Shown here piece by piece: positions 23,570-33,569 of a DNA stretch of 64,000 nucleotides; within the stretch, counting starts at the first letter, position 1, and the number at the start of each line of letters is the position of its first letter. A program made the position numbers and the translations under genes. Below the pieces are notes generated by a model. It did no database searches. It saw only the letters and a list, made by a program, of their open reading frames with translations, and was not told the origin of the DNA. The stretch is from a phage. The stretch lies in the NCBI GenBank assembly GCA_025830695.1, contig GCA_025830695.1_4111.1; one strand, 5' to 3'.

Positions 23570-23923
23570 ATGCTAATTTATTTGAGTGTTCTTGTTATTT
23601 CATTACTGGTATCATTAGCAGTACTGAAAGCTGTTGCCATCGGTCGTAGTAAAATTGACAGTACTGAAACGAGTTCCGTTCTAGATTTGATTATGGATCA
23701 TCCTAAAGTCTGTGGTATTATTGTATTGTTTGTTATTCTGATTAATACGTATATTGTCAGGGATCATTTATATAATATGTATGATTGTAGTGTTAGATCT
23801 ATATCACAAGGTGTTGAAACTGACTATAGCTGGTACTATGAGAAATGTAGATTTAAAAATCAGCATGGTATTTGGGTTGATTTTGACAAACTACGTGGAA
23901 CTCCTTCAGGAGAAGAAGAATAA
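23570..23923 (+). CDS. small membrane protein
   Basis: Two hydrophobic segments. Confidence 0.5.
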   Translation: MLIYLSVLVISLLVSLAVLKAVAIGRSKIDSTETSSVLDLIMDHPKVCGIIVLFVILINTYIVRDHLYNMYDCSVRSISQGVETDYSWYYEKCRFKNQHGIWVDFDKLRGTPSGEEE

Positions 23924-23925
23924 TT

Positions 23926-24417
23926 ATGTTTGAGTTCCCAGAAGAGTCATTTGACTTTATTGACCCTACTGATGATGGATACCGACACATTAACATTTAT
24001 AGTAAAGCTAGAACTAAGTTAGGTAGAGATCTATCTAACTTTTCTTCACATAGCTTCACACTTGAGCCATATGGTTGGTTCCCTTCAGTTGAAACATTTT
24101 ACTTTTGGTTTTTAACTGGGCAAAAACATGATGACCTTAGAAAAGTATCTGGTGCAGCAGCAAAAGCAGCCGCTAACAAATATATGCATGATCGAATTGA
24201 AATGACGGATGATTGTATTTCTATTATTCAAGATGCTATTTGTGCTAAGATAATTCAAAATCCAGAGTTAGCCGAAAGATTAAGAAAAAGCAAGTTACCT
24301 TTTTACCATTACTATGTATATGGTGGTAAAGTTGTAGATGTATCCGACGAACATGATTGGTTTGTTAAAACATTCGAATATATAAGAACGGTGTTAAAGG
24401 AAAACTATAATGGGTAA
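23926..24417 (+). CDS. hypothetical protein
   Basis: 163-aa ORF. Confidence 0.5.
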   Translation: MFEFPEESFDFIDPTDDGYRHINIYSKARTKLGRDLSNFSSHSFTLEPYGWFPSVETFYFWFLTGQKHDDLRKVSGAAAKAAANKYMHDRIEMTDDCISIIQDAICAKIIQNPELAERLRKSKLPFYHYYVYGGKVVDVSDEHDWFVKTFEYIRTVLKENYNG

Positions 24418-24688
24418 ATGTTGGGTATGCTTCAAGGTGTTTGATGAAGAATATGAAATAATATTAGATGTATTGCCACAGCAGTACATGGTGTGTAATG
24501 AAAAATACAAATTGGACACCTACCCGACCCCCAAGTACATGGGAATATGTCCTTTGTGTGATGCAAATGGCGTGTCCAATAGTGAGATTTCATTCACTAA
24601 CCAAGCCACAACTAACTGTGTATCTGGGTATATAAGAGAGAATCGAGAATATTTTATTAGGAGATTATATGAACGACAAAATCTTTGA
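24410..24688 (+). CDS. small Zn-ribbon-like protein
   Basis: CWVC...CPLC cysteine pairs. Confidence 0.45.
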   Translation: MGKCWVCFKVFDEEYEIILDVLPQQYMVCNEKYKLDTYPTPKYMGICPLCDANGVSNSEISFTNQATTNCVSGYIRENREYFIRRLYERQNL

Positions 24689-24899
24689 TACATATGACAT
24701 CGATACTTTACTAACACCATCTGATAACAGTACTGTTAAAATGGACATGTACTGGATTGTCGTTGATAAAAAAGTATTTAGACATAAAATTACTAAAGTT
24801 TGGCAATGTAATAAAAACAAATCTATTGTTGAAGGATTGGCACAATGCATTCCTAATGCAGAGGTTTTATTTTTACCATATGCATATACAAAGGAATAA
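24669..24899 (+). CDS. hypothetical protein
   Basis: 76-aa ORF, RBS GGAG. Confidence 0.5.
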   Translation: MNDKIFDTYDIDTLLTPSDNSTVKMDMYWIVVDKKVFRHKITKVWQCNKNKSIVEGLAQCIPNAEVLFLPYAYTKE

Positions 24900-24900
24900 A

Positions 24901-25062
24901 ATGAAAAAAACTTGGAAAATATTCACAATACCTGCTATAATGTTGTTATTGGCACTTTTCACACCGCAGAGTCATGTATTGTCTCTTAACATTGTGGAAA
25001 TAATTCTTCTTGTAATTCACTGTGTCGTGTGTTATAATTATGTAAAAGGTGATAAAGAATGA
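24901..25062 (+). CDS. small membrane protein
   Basis: Start at ATG 24901 after AAGGAA; two hydrophobic helices. Confidence 0.45.
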   Translation: MKKTWKIFTIPAIMLLLALFTPQSHVLSLNIVEIILLVIHCVVCYNYVKGDKE

Positions 25063-25481
25063 AGTTCTTTAAAATTCGAATTGGTGTAAGTTCTGGTTTA
25101 TCTCATTGGGTATTTTATGATTTACCTGATAGTTATACTATTGATGATGTAATTGATTTATATACCGAAGATCAACAATGGGTGTTAGATACCGAAACAC
25201 ATAGAATTGATTGTCAAGAGATTAGTGAAGAAGATTACAAACACGGAAAGCAAGCCATGAAGTATTTTGAAACAAATATCAAAATGCTGACTGAAAACGT
25301 ATTTCCAGTAAAAGAATGGGCAATTTTACTTGCTAATCCTAAAAAACCTGTTAGAATTGGTTATCCAAATTTTCATATGGTGTATCGTATGAATGATAAG
25401 CGAGAGCTTAACTATCAATACGATTACGATTCATCTAAGTTTGGAGTTCTTAAACAATTTTTAAAGGCTTATCCAGTATGA
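25059..25481 (+). CDS. hypothetical protein
   Basis: 140-aa ORF, ATGA overlap. Confidence 0.5.
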   Translation: MKFFKIRIGVSSGLSHWVFYDLPDSYTIDDVIDLYTEDQQWVLDTETHRIDCQEISEEDYKHGKQAMKYFETNIKMLTENVFPVKEWAILLANPKKPVRIGYPNFHMVYRMNDKRELNYQYDYDSSKFGVLKQFLKAYPV

Positions 25482-25813
25482 GTGAAGATAGTAAAGAGTA
25501 TATTTTACGTTGTTCTTGTGGCGATAAAATGGAGCATTGCGTTCACATTGCACAATTTGACTTGACAGAGGAATATGGAGATGATAAACTTGGTCAATGT
25601 CTGATAAGTATGCGTTTAAATCCTTTTTTAAAATGGTATAACCGTGTATGGGTTGCAGTAAAGTATGTTTTTGGTGTAAACGACTATCAATATGTAGAAG
25701 CAACAATTGATGTTGACATTCTAAAAGAAGTTGTGTTACAATTAGAAGATACTAGAACTGATGAGGTTAAAAAAGAACAAAGAGAAAAACGTACTGATGT
25801 GAAGGTTTTATGA
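25478..25813 (+). CDS. hypothetical protein
   Basis: 111-aa ORF, overlapping start/stop. Confidence 0.5.
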   Translation: MSEDSKEYILRCSCGDKMEHCVHIAQFDLTEEYGDDKLGQCLISMRLNPFLKWYNRVWVAVKYVFGVNDYQYVEATIDVDILKEVVLQLEDTRTDEVKKEQREKRTDVKVL

Positions 25814-26004
25814 GTACTGAACTTTATGAAAAAAAGTACTGTACAAATTGCTCAACTGAGTATACAATACAAGGTATGTTGATTTGTACAATATGTCAGT
25901 CAAAGAAATCAGCAACTTTCATCGTTGATGATAGATTTGGTGATTTGAAACAGTTTAAAGCAAACCGCAATCTTCGTATTTTTAGCAATCTAAATAAGGA
26001 ATAA
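25810..26004 (+). CDS. small Zn-ribbon-like protein
   Basis: CTNC...CTIC cysteine pairs. Confidence 0.45.
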   Translation: MSTELYEKKYCTNCSTEYTIQGMLICTICQSKKSATFIVDDRFGDLKQFKANRNLRIFSNLNKE

Positions 26005-26007
26005 TAT

Positions 26008-26436
26008 ATGAATATCGAACAAACTATCCGTGAACATTCTTTCTTCGCTCCAGAAACTGGTCGTGTTATTGAGAGCGTCAAAATCGAAGAACTAATGGTC
26101 AATGTTAAATACAAAGAACCAAATGATGAGATTAGCAGTACTTTTTGTGCTCTACGTGCACCATTCCGTAATGAAAAAGCTAAGAAACCAGCATATGTTC
26201 TTGCCATTGCACTGGGTTGTGTTGTAAAACTTGCAGTTGATGAAAATCTTCTGAATATTAAAGTTGCACCAAGCAATGACGATGAAAACATTGATTTGAA
26301 CTTTGATGGTTCTCTTGATGAAGATGTATTTTTCCAACAGTCACTTGTTTACGACTTCCGTACAGTGACACATTCTCACATCAAGTTCATTAATGAAATG
26401 GTTGAGATTGTTGCTGAATACGAAGAATCTCTCTAA
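26008..26436 (+). CDS. EExFFQxS-motif family protein (member 1)
   Basis: C-terminal DEDVFFQQSLVYD. Confidence 0.6.
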   Translation: MNIEQTIREHSFFAPETGRVIESVKIEELMVNVKYKEPNDEISSTFCALRAPFRNEKAKKPAYVLAIALGCVVKLAVDENLLNIKVAPSNDDENIDLNFDGSLDEDVFFQQSLVYDFRTVTHSHIKFINEMVEIVAEYEESL

Positions 26437-26445
26437 GTAAATACA

Positions 26446-26470
26446 AAAGCCTCCATTATGGAGGCTTTTA
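26446..26470 (+). terminator. intrinsic terminator
   Basis: AAGCCTCCA-TTA-TGGAGGCTT followed by TTATC. Confidence 0.6.
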
Positions 26471-26489
26471 TCACATAAGGAAATGAAAT

Positions 26490-27041
26490 ATGATAGACCA
26501 AATTAAAATCCTTACAAAGCAAATCACTGATTTTCTTTCTGATAAAGATGGATTTAATACAGAAGTAAAAATGCACGGTGTTAGTGTTGATGTAATTGCA
26601 CCAAATGGTAATGTAACAAGTTACGACATGTATGAATTACTTCTTTATACTCTAGCAGTACGTAAACTAGGTAGTGATATTGAACTCAATATCAATACTG
26701 ATGAAAGTGGGAATAAAATTTTTGCAATCAACACCAGTGCTAAATTCGATATCAGTACTGAAATTAAAAAAATAAATGAAAGTTTTATTGGCTTTAAGCA
26801 TGAATCAATTCAAAGTGTTTTTATTGGAAAGCAAACTTCTAATAGTGAATGCCCATATTGTGTAATGACTTTATATAAAGATGGAAACTGGATGCGTCAA
26901 GATTTAGTATTTGCTGAACTTCTGTATGCATTTACACATGAACTTAAAATCGAATTGGACGATAGTGTTTATTGCTTTAAGAAAATTCGAAATATAACTA
27001 AAGATATACAAACCCAACTTAAAGAATTAAATGATAAATAA
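26490..27041 (+). CDS. hypothetical protein
   Basis: 183-aa ORF, RBS AAGGAAA. Confidence 0.55.
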   Translation: MIDQIKILTKQITDFLSDKDGFNTEVKMHGVSVDVIAPNGNVTSYDMYELLLYTLAVRKLGSDIELNINTDESGNKIFAINTSAKFDISTEIKKINESFIGFKHESIQSVFIGKQTSNSECPYCVMTLYKDGNWMRQDLVFAELLYAFTHELKIELDDSVYCFKKIRNITKDIQTQLKELNDK

Positions 27042-27147
27042 ATATACCAGAAATGGTTAACATATCATGTTACTTTCCTCCCTTACATAATAATGATGCG
27101 TTATTATATTTTCATTTTGTTCTTATTCCCCTTTTGGTACAAAATCA

Positions 27148-27170
27148 TTTTAGTACTGCCCCGATCTTCG
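27148..27170 (+). terminator. intrinsic terminator
   Basis: GCCCCGA-TCT-TCGGGGC followed by ATTTTT. Confidence 0.65.
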
Positions 27171-27201
27171 GGGCATTTTTCTTATCTAAAATTGAGGATA
27201 T

Positions 27202-27597
27202 ATGAAGAACAATATTGGAACTTCAATAATTAAACCACTTTCTTATTACCTTGAAAAATTTAGAAGCACAAATGGTAATAAATTTAATAATATATTTCAG
27301 TTCTCTCATAAAGAATATATTACAATTGATCATTTTTCAAAGAAACTAATGTATGTAAATGATAATAGTCATATTATTAAATTATCATTCGATATTGAGT
27401 TAGATAAATTAACATTTACGGAATACATTAATCAAAAAACTTCTTTTTTATGTCAATACAATAGGAAAGTATATAGTAATATTTCTATGTATCTAAATGA
27501 TGAATATCACTTTCAACAATCTACAATAGAAGAAGTATTGTTCAGTACTGAAGAATTAAAAGAACTATATTACTGGTATAATTATTTCACATCTTGA
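27202..27597 (+). CDS. EExFFQxS-motif family protein (member 2)
   Basis: C-terminal NDEYHFQQSTIEE. Confidence 0.6.
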   Translation: MKNNIGTSIIKPLSYYLEKFRSTNGNKFNNIFQFSHKEYITIDHFSKKLMYVNDNSHIIKLSFDIELDKLTFTEYINQKTSFLCQYNRKVYSNISMYLNDEYHFQQSTIEEVLFSTEELKELYYWYNYFTS

Positions 27598-27652
27598 CAT
27601 TATTGTGGGTTTATCCTACAATACATGATGATGCTGCATTGAGGATAAATTT

Positions 27653-28063
27653 ATGAGTTTAGATTTACACAATGAACTAAAATATTTTTTAGATTTGGAC
27701 ATATCAGAATTGAACCACCACGTCAATCATATGACTAGTACTGTATGGTGGTCTAATGATCAAGACGACCCAATTATCCAACTAAGTGATGAATCGTCAA
27801 TTATGCGATTTTATAAGATTAATTATAAAAAGAACATCAAGATCACATATGTACCATACAAAAACATACTACTAGTCGAAACACTTAATCCAAGTTCTTT
27901 ATTAAAAATCACAGATTTAGATACATTACAAACAAGTGAATCTTTATTCCAACGTTCATTAGTTGATGATCTTGGTGGTATTACTTTTGAAGATATATTA
28001 CAATTGAAGAATATGTATAGTGAATTGTTGGAGATTAAAAACACTTTAGTAATGGGGAATTGA
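27653..28063 (+). CDS. EExFFQxS-motif family protein (member 3)
   Basis: C-terminal SESLFQRSLVDDLGGITFED. Confidence 0.6.
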   Translation: MSLDLHNELKYFLDLDISELNHHVNHMTSTVWWSNDQDDPIIQLSDESSIMRFYKINYKKNIKITYVPYKNILLVETLNPSSLLKITDLDTLQTSESLFQRSLVDDLGGITFEDILQLKNMYSELLEIKNTLVMGN

Positions 28064-28064
28064 T

Positions 28065-28469
28065 ATGGTAAGTTTACTAGATATTGATAATACCAGTTTA
28101 GTGCTGGTGAAAAAAGGTTTAATTCCCAATTCTACAAAAATTGATTATGCTGTTATTGAAACAAATATTGGAAATATCTGGTACGACTCTGAAAGGGATA
28201 TTGTGTTTAGCTGTGTAGACAGTGATCGATCTGAATGTTGTAGAGTCGGTCATGACGGACAATTTGTTTTTGAATTTCGTTATTGGAAGGACGCAAAATT
28301 TCACCAAGAACTGGTTGCTTTGTCAAATGAACTATATACAGAAGAATCGTTCTTCATGGCTAGTACTATTAATGATTTTGGTTCAGTTACATTTGAGTAC
28401 TATAAAAAGATATACGCACTATCCAGAGAAGTTATGAAAATTATCAGAACTGCTGAAGGTAAAGAATAA
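28065..28469 (+). CDS. EExFFQxS-motif family protein (member 4)
   Basis: C-terminal TEESFFMASTINDFGSVTFE. Confidence 0.6.
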   Translation: MVSLLDIDNTSLVLVKKGLIPNSTKIDYAVIETNIGNIWYDSERDIVFSCVDSDRSECCRVGHDGQFVFEFRYWKDAKFHQELVALSNELYTEESFFMASTINDFGSVTFEYYKKIYALSREVMKIIRTAEGKE

Positions 28470-28470
28470 C

Positions 28471-28848
28471 ATGACTACTATATATGATATTTTGGGTGTT
28501 CTGAGTAGAAATATAGATGATGATTTTGTTATTGTTCAAGATACTAGAAATACATTTCAACTACCAATAGGTTCACCAGATAGGTTAATTTTTAATAGAT
28601 ACTCAAATGAACTAACTTACATCCATGATGGGATTGCAATTGTATCAGTTTCTATAAACGACTATACAATACGATATGTATATGACTTCAACGATTATTG
28701 TACAAGAATCCACAGTATTGATATTTCCGAAGAGGAACTATTCCAATTGTCATTGATTGAGAAAAATGTAATAGGAATTACAGAAATTGGTATTATTAAA
28801 AAAGCATTAAACTATACAAATATAAGAATTAATGGTGGGTGCAGATGA
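28471..28848 (+). CDS. EExFFQxS-motif family protein (member 5)
   Basis: C-terminal SEEELFQLSLIE. Confidence 0.6.
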   Translation: MTTIYDILGVLSRNIDDDFVIVQDTRNTFQLPIGSPDRLIFNRYSNELTYIHDGIAIVSVSINDYTIRYVYDFNDYCTRIHSIDISEEELFQLSLIEKNVIGITEIGIIKKALNYTNIRINGGCR

Positions 28849-29300
28849 ATGTTGACGAAATAAAAAATCATTTTGAAATTGCAATGTCATGTGAATTTGA
28901 CACACAACGTGTTCATGACCCGAAAGAACATATACGCATTTGTTGTGAATTGTCAGATGATTGTAATATTTTTATTGGAAAAACCTATGACATGATCGAT
29001 CTTTCATGTATAGATCCATTGGAAAGAAAAACAAAATATTTATATCTGTACAACACAACATCAGATACGATTGCAATACAACTAATATCAACCACAACAT
29101 CCCAAAGTTATTATAACATAACTGAGGTTAGTAGTTTAACGTTAACCGAAGAAGGATTCTTTCAACAATCGCTTATTCGTGAAATTGGTGTTAGTTATGA
29201 TGAGTTAAATGTATTAGTAGATTGTTTCGAAAAATTGAGTACTTTTGTATTATCCCTTTTTAATATACAGTCGCAAAATCCAATGGTGGTGAAATGCTAA
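28839..29300 (+). CDS. EExFFQxS-motif family protein (member 6)
   Basis: C-terminal TEEGFFQQSLIREIGVSYDE. Confidence 0.6.
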   Translation: MQMNVDEIKNHFEIAMSCEFDTQRVHDPKEHIRICCELSDDCNIFIGKTYDMIDLSCIDPLERKTKYLYLYNTTSDTIAIQLISTTTSQSYYNITEVSSLTLTEEGFFQQSLIREIGVSYDELNVLVDCFEKLSTFVLSLFNIQSQNPMVVKC

Positions 29301-29734
29301 ATCCAAGTAAATTTCTCCACTTACTTTCGATAACATCAATACCGGATCTTACCAGTGAAACTAATGAATATCGTGAAGCTGGGGTGGTGTCTATGGAACT
29401 CGATACATTTGACCACAAATGCTATGTGACATATGACCCACCGCGTTATGGTAAAGAACATTCTTCTTTTATTTTTGTATTCGTATACACTGTATATGAT
29501 AATACAACACTTGATGATGTTTGTATTGACACTTACGAAATTTGTGATAATATCATAACTGATGACAACAATAACTCATTTGATATGTCACTATATAACA
29601 CAGAAGAATCGTTGTTTCAACTTAGTACTGTTATTGATGCACCATCATTAGAAGATATAAAACAATTTCAAGAACATCTTGACGCAGTTCGTGAGATGTT
29701 CTATAATCATTATCCAGAAGTAGAGTTCAATTAA
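29294..29734 (+). CDS. EExFFQxS-motif family protein (member 7)
   Basis: C-terminal TEESLFQLSTVID. Confidence 0.6.
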   Translation: MLNPSKFLHLLSITSIPDLTSETNEYREAGVVSMELDTFDHKCYVTYDPPRYGKEHSSFIFVFVYTVYDNTTLDDVCIDTYEICDNIITDDNNNSFDMSLYNTEESLFQLSTVIDAPSLEDIKQFQEHLDAVREMFYNHYPEVEFN

Positions 29735-29748
29735 CTAAAGGTAATAAG

Positions 29749-30009
29749 ATGACTAAAGTAGTTCGTAAACGCCACATGATGAACATGGATGAATTTCGCA
29801 CATTTGACAAATATCGTACTATGTTTCGTATGCTTTCACAGGGCCGTCCAATCGTCATTGTAACAGAGAATTACATGTCACCTGAGATTATGTTTGGTAA
29901 TTATGAAAAGGTCTTCATGTTGTACGTGAAGCGTGGATTACTTACAATCAAGACATTAGCTGAAGCAACTGATGAAGATATGGATGGTGATAATACCTTT
30001 ACCATGTGA
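29749..30009 (+). CDS. hypothetical protein
   Basis: 86-aa ORF, RBS AAAGG. Confidence 0.5.
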   Translation: MTKVVRKRHMMNMDEFRTFDKYRTMFRMLSQGRPIVIVTENYMSPEIMFGNYEKVFMLYVKRGLLTIKTLAEATDEDMDGDNTFTM

Positions 30010-30081
30010 GGAAATATATGTCTGAAAAGCCAAAAGAACCATTAGATCGTGATGATGATTTTTATGACGAACGATATGGAG

Positions 30082-30339
30082 ATGATGATGAGTGAACATA
30101 GTGCTGTGCTTAAAAAGATTTTAAAGGAACTTGATGGTGAGTTTAATGTCACAGAAGAAGACTATCAGCATTGGAAGAAAGGTTTTGAACAACTAACCGA
30201 GTATGATAAAGTGTTCAATATGATTGGCGTAATTAGCCAGTACTTACTCGGTGGAGGACGTGCAAGTGCTTCAATTCTGGCATCTGCAATCATCTGTACA
30301 TCACGATGGTGTGATGAAAAAAGTTTGGAAGATTTCTAA
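30082..30339 (+). CDS. hypothetical protein
   Basis: ORF-track ORF; start among clustered ATGs after GGAG; exact start uncertain. Confidence 0.4.
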   Translation: MMMSEHSAVLKKILKELDGEFNVTEEDYQHWKKGFEQLTEYDKVFNMIGVISQYLLGGGRASASILASAIICTSRWCDEKSLEDF

Positions 30340-30391
30340 ATAAGATGCTATAATATATTATAGTACCTTAACAATATAAAAAGGATTTTAT

Positions 30392-31252
30392 ATGAAACCT
30401 ATCCGAGTACTTTCTCTTTTTAATGGAATGAGTGTGGGATATATGGCATTGCAAGATGCTGGTATCCCAGTTGAAAAATATTATTCATCCGAAATTGATA
30501 AGTACGCAATAGCTGAATCTCAATCTAACTTTCCTGATATTATCCAATTGGGTGATGTAACTAAGTGGAGAGAATGGGATATTGAGTGGGACAAAATAGA
30601 TTTATTAATGGGTGGTTTCCCATGCCAAGCCTGGTCAGTTGCAGGTAAACAGGGTGGTTTAAATGATATACGTGGGCAGTTATTTTTAGTAATGGTTGAA
30701 ATTTTTGATCATATCAAAAGTCTCAATCCTAACTTGAAATTTCTGTTTGAAAATGTTAAAATGAAGGAAGATTTCAAAGAATACATTAATAGTATTTTAG
30801 GAATCACGCCAGTACTGATAAACTCCCAGCATTATACGCCTCACTTCAGGCAGAGATATTACTGGTACAGTACTGATAAGCTTTTTATACCACCTGCATT
30901 ATCCAATGCACCTAAACTTCAAGATATTATTGAAGATGGTTGGTACACTGACAGAACCGCTTCGTACTGTATAGATGCTAACTATTTTAAAGGTGGTGAT
31001 TGTAACCAGTACTTTAATAAATCCAGACGACAATTGGTGTTTCGTGACCCAGTGATCAGTCGTCAATATCTATTAGAGAATGGCAAAAGAAATATTGACT
31101 ATAGACACTTAAGTGTAGTAGAATGTTGTAAATTACAGGGTGTTCCTGAAGATTTCTTTAAAGTGTCTAGTAAGACACAAGCATACAAAATGCTTGGGAA
31201 TGGATGGACTATGCCAGTTATATCACATTTACTAAGAGAGATATTCTTTTGA
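30392..31252 (+). CDS. DNA (cytosine-5)-methyltransferase
   Basis: Motif I-like LFNGMSVG, motif IV GFPCQAWSVAG, motif VI FENVK, motif X MLGNGWTMPV; preceded by TGcTATAAT. Confidence 0.75.
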   Translation: MKPIRVLSLFNGMSVGYMALQDAGIPVEKYYSSEIDKYAIAESQSNFPDIIQLGDVTKWREWDIEWDKIDLLMGGFPCQAWSVAGKQGGLNDIRGQLFLVMVEIFDHIKSLNPNLKFLFENVKMKEDFKEYINSILGITPVLINSQHYTPHFRQRYYWYSTDKLFIPPALSNAPKLQDIIEDGWYTDRTASYCIDANYFKGGDCNQYFNKSRRQLVFRDPVISRQYLLENGKRNIDYRHLSVVECCKLQGVPEDFFKVSSKTQAYKMLGNGWTMPVISHLLREIFF

Positions 31253-31734
31253 ACATAAACAAATACCAAACTTATATAAAACGTACAGAAAGTTTCAAAC
31301 GGCTGGCTGTAAAATCTGAATTAGAATTTAATTTGTATTATCCTAATATTGGTGATGAGGTATTTTATTGCTCTCATTCAAAGAATGGAACTTTACTTAA
31401 ATCGGGTAAAGGAACTATTGTTGATATGACCGCAAATTTCAGAGGTAAACTTAATGTAATGTACAAAGTACAAGATTCAAGTACTGAGTGTATTCATGAA
31501 GTGATGCATAACATACCTGCATATCCAAAAGATTTTGTTCAGCTAATATCTCGAAGGGAGAAACCTATGTTTTATTGTGGTTACGATAAATTAACCAAAC
31601 AAATTATTCCTAATACTATGGGAAAATTTAAAAGTGATGTGAAATCTGAACTTGAAAAGAAATTTGGCACGTCATGGGAAACTGAAAACGAGTTTATCGA
31701 AATTCGTTTAATTGAAATTACTATACTTGAATAA
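31249..31734 (+). CDS. hypothetical protein
   Basis: ORF-track frame; possible TTG start overlapping MTase stop; start uncertain. Confidence 0.4.
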   Translation: MNINKYQTYIKRTESFKRLAVKSELEFNLYYPNIGDEVFYCSHSKNGTLLKSGKGTIVDMTANFRGKLNVMYKVQDSSTECIHEVMHNIPAYPKDFVQLISRREKPMFYCGYDKLTKQIIPNTMGKFKSDVKSELEKKFGTSWETENEFIEIRLIEITILE

Positions 31735-31740
31735 TTACAA

Positions 31741-31765
31741 ATCCACGCATTGCGTGGATTTTTCA
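31741..31765 (+). terminator. intrinsic terminator
   Basis: ATCCACGCA/TGCGTGGAT palindromic hairpin followed by TTTTTC. Confidence 0.6.
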
Positions 31766-31776
31766 TAGGTGCATAT

Positions 31777-32292
31777 ATGCCAATTCCTTATGTTAAAATT
31801 ATTAATAATATTCTCGATTCATGGGAAGATGTTATTACTGGTAAAAAGAAACCATCACCAGTACATGCTTTATCTGGGAAACTTCAATTCAGAATGTCAA
31901 ACCAAACTGAAACATTTAATAATCATGATATTTGCATTACATTAAAAACACCTGTTAGTATTGTAATTAAAAAAAATAAAGATGATGAATTGACATTATC
32001 TATTGGTCGTGATAAAATCATTTTAAGTAATTTGTCTGAAGAAGAATTCTTTCAAAGAAGTACTATTATCGATATGAAAGATTTCACATATGAATCATTG
32101 GTTGAACTCAATACACGTTTTAACGATATTCAGGAACGATTGCGACCAATTCTTCGTATCGAAGAAGAAGCCTGGATTGAAAGTATTAGGAAGATGCAAG
32201 AAATGTTGAAAGAAAATATTAACAATCTGGGTAAAGCTACAATGGAATTTGGTAAAACTTTTAAACTGAACTTTTCAAAGGATCGTAAATGA
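31777..32292 (+). CDS. EExFFQxS-motif family protein (member 8)
   Basis: SEEEFFQRSTIID; start trimmed to ATG 31777 downstream of terminator. Confidence 0.55.
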   Translation: MPIPYVKIINNILDSWEDVITGKKKPSPVHALSGKLQFRMSNQTETFNNHDICITLKTPVSIVIKKNKDDELTLSIGRDKIILSNLSEEEFFQRSTIIDMKDFTYESLVELNTRFNDIQERLRPILRIEEEAWIESIRKMQEMLKENINNLGKATMEFGKTFKLNFSKDRK

Positions 32293-32744
32293 AAATTGAT
32301 AATTTGATTCATGTTTTAGGATCTTTACATAAAATATTATCACATCTACATGAGATAAAGAAACTGGGATTTAACATCTCAAATTCAATTGAAACTACAT
32401 TTAAATATCAATCAATTACTGGTGATGGTTATTACATAATCGAATATACTTATGAAACCGATCCAGACTTCTATCCTCTTACGTTGAGAATTTATCCAAC
32501 AAATCCGAGAGGAATTCACGACATATCATCAATTTCACTTGATCCAGATGGTGAAACGAGTATTGAATACAATAATGATTCAAAACCAGAATTTTACATT
32601 GATGATATTAAAATGATGTTCAACGATGAATATGTTTTCCAACAAAGTACTGTGCATGATGTTGGAAGTACTAATGGACAATTTTGGAATACATGTTATT
32701 ATCATATGATTGAAATTTGTAAATTACTAAAAGGTGATGAATAA
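32289..32744 (+). CDS. EExFFQxS-motif family protein (member 9)
   Basis: NDEYVFQQSTVHD. Confidence 0.6.
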   Translation: MKIDNLIHVLGSLHKILSHLHEIKKLGFNISNSIETTFKYQSITGDGYYIIEYTYETDPDFYPLTLRIYPTNPRGIHDISSISLDPDGETSIEYNNDSKPEFYIDDIKMMFNDEYVFQQSTVHDVGSTNGQFWNTCYYHMIEICKLLKGDE

Positions 32745-33127
32745 TGAAATACTGCATTGAAGTACATTACACTACAGGGGACACTGAAACTGAAGATTCA
32801 GTTACCAATACATTGGATGTTCAATGGGAATCAAAGGATGAGGCAGTTGTAGCATTACAGTCTTTGAAAGAGCATTGGGTATTCTTTAAGAAACTCGATG
32901 ATGCATATAGTAACGAACGTGCTACAATAATCGATGAAGCCAAACATAAAGAATGGTTTGATCCAATGTCATGTGAATTCTCTTTCTTTGTAAAAATTGG
33001 AGATGAAAAAATCCCAGTACGTACACCGTGGAACGGCTACTTTGAAACTCTTCATAATGCACGAGTTGTCGCTGTTGATAATCCTGAACAAATCGATTTC
33101 GATTCATTGGACTGGAAAAAACTATGA
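32744..33127 (+). CDS. hypothetical protein
   Basis: 127-aa ORF, overlapping start/stop. Confidence 0.5.
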   Translation: MKYCIEVHYTTGDTETEDSVTNTLDVQWESKDEAVVALQSLKEHWVFFKKLDDAYSNERATIIDEAKHKEWFDPMSCEFSFFVKIGDEKIPVRTPWNGYFETLHNARVVAVDNPEQIDFDSLDWKKL

Positions 33128-33567
33128 CAGTACTGCACCAATTGAAGAAGGTTAAGCATCCAGTTGTATATGAGGACTGGAAACGTCAGAAGCTGATGGG
33201 TGATTTTTATTTCCCAAAATCTAAAGTACTAGCAACGTCAAAAGCTATATACTTGAAATATAAGGATGAAGATTGTTTGTGTATTCAAATGGGATTCCAT
33301 CCTAAAGTTGGTTTGTTTACAACAAATCAAACATTTTATAAATTTAGAATTCAAAAAGATACATTTAGTATTCATATCGAAAAACATGATGTACAAGATA
33401 CAATTTATCGTGTGGAAAGTGAGCCTTTGAATCTTGTTGAGATCCCGTACAATAATTTAGAAGAAATGTACTTTCAGCAGTTGACAATACAAGAAGACTT
33501 TGGTATGATAGGACTTCAAGAGTTAGAGATGATTAAACAAATTCGTGATATCTACTTTAAGGAGTAA
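33124..33567 (+). CDS. EExFFQxS-motif family protein (member 10, divergent)
   Basis: LEEMYFQQLTIQEDFG. Confidence 0.55.
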   Translation: MTVLHQLKKVKHPVVYEDWKRQKLMGDFYFPKSKVLATSKAIYLKYKDEDCLCIQMGFHPKVGLFTTNQTFYKFRIQKDTFSIHIEKHDVQDTIYRVESEPLNLVEIPYNNLEEMYFQQLTIQEDFGMIGLQELEMIKQIRDIYFKE

Positions 33568-33569
33568 CT

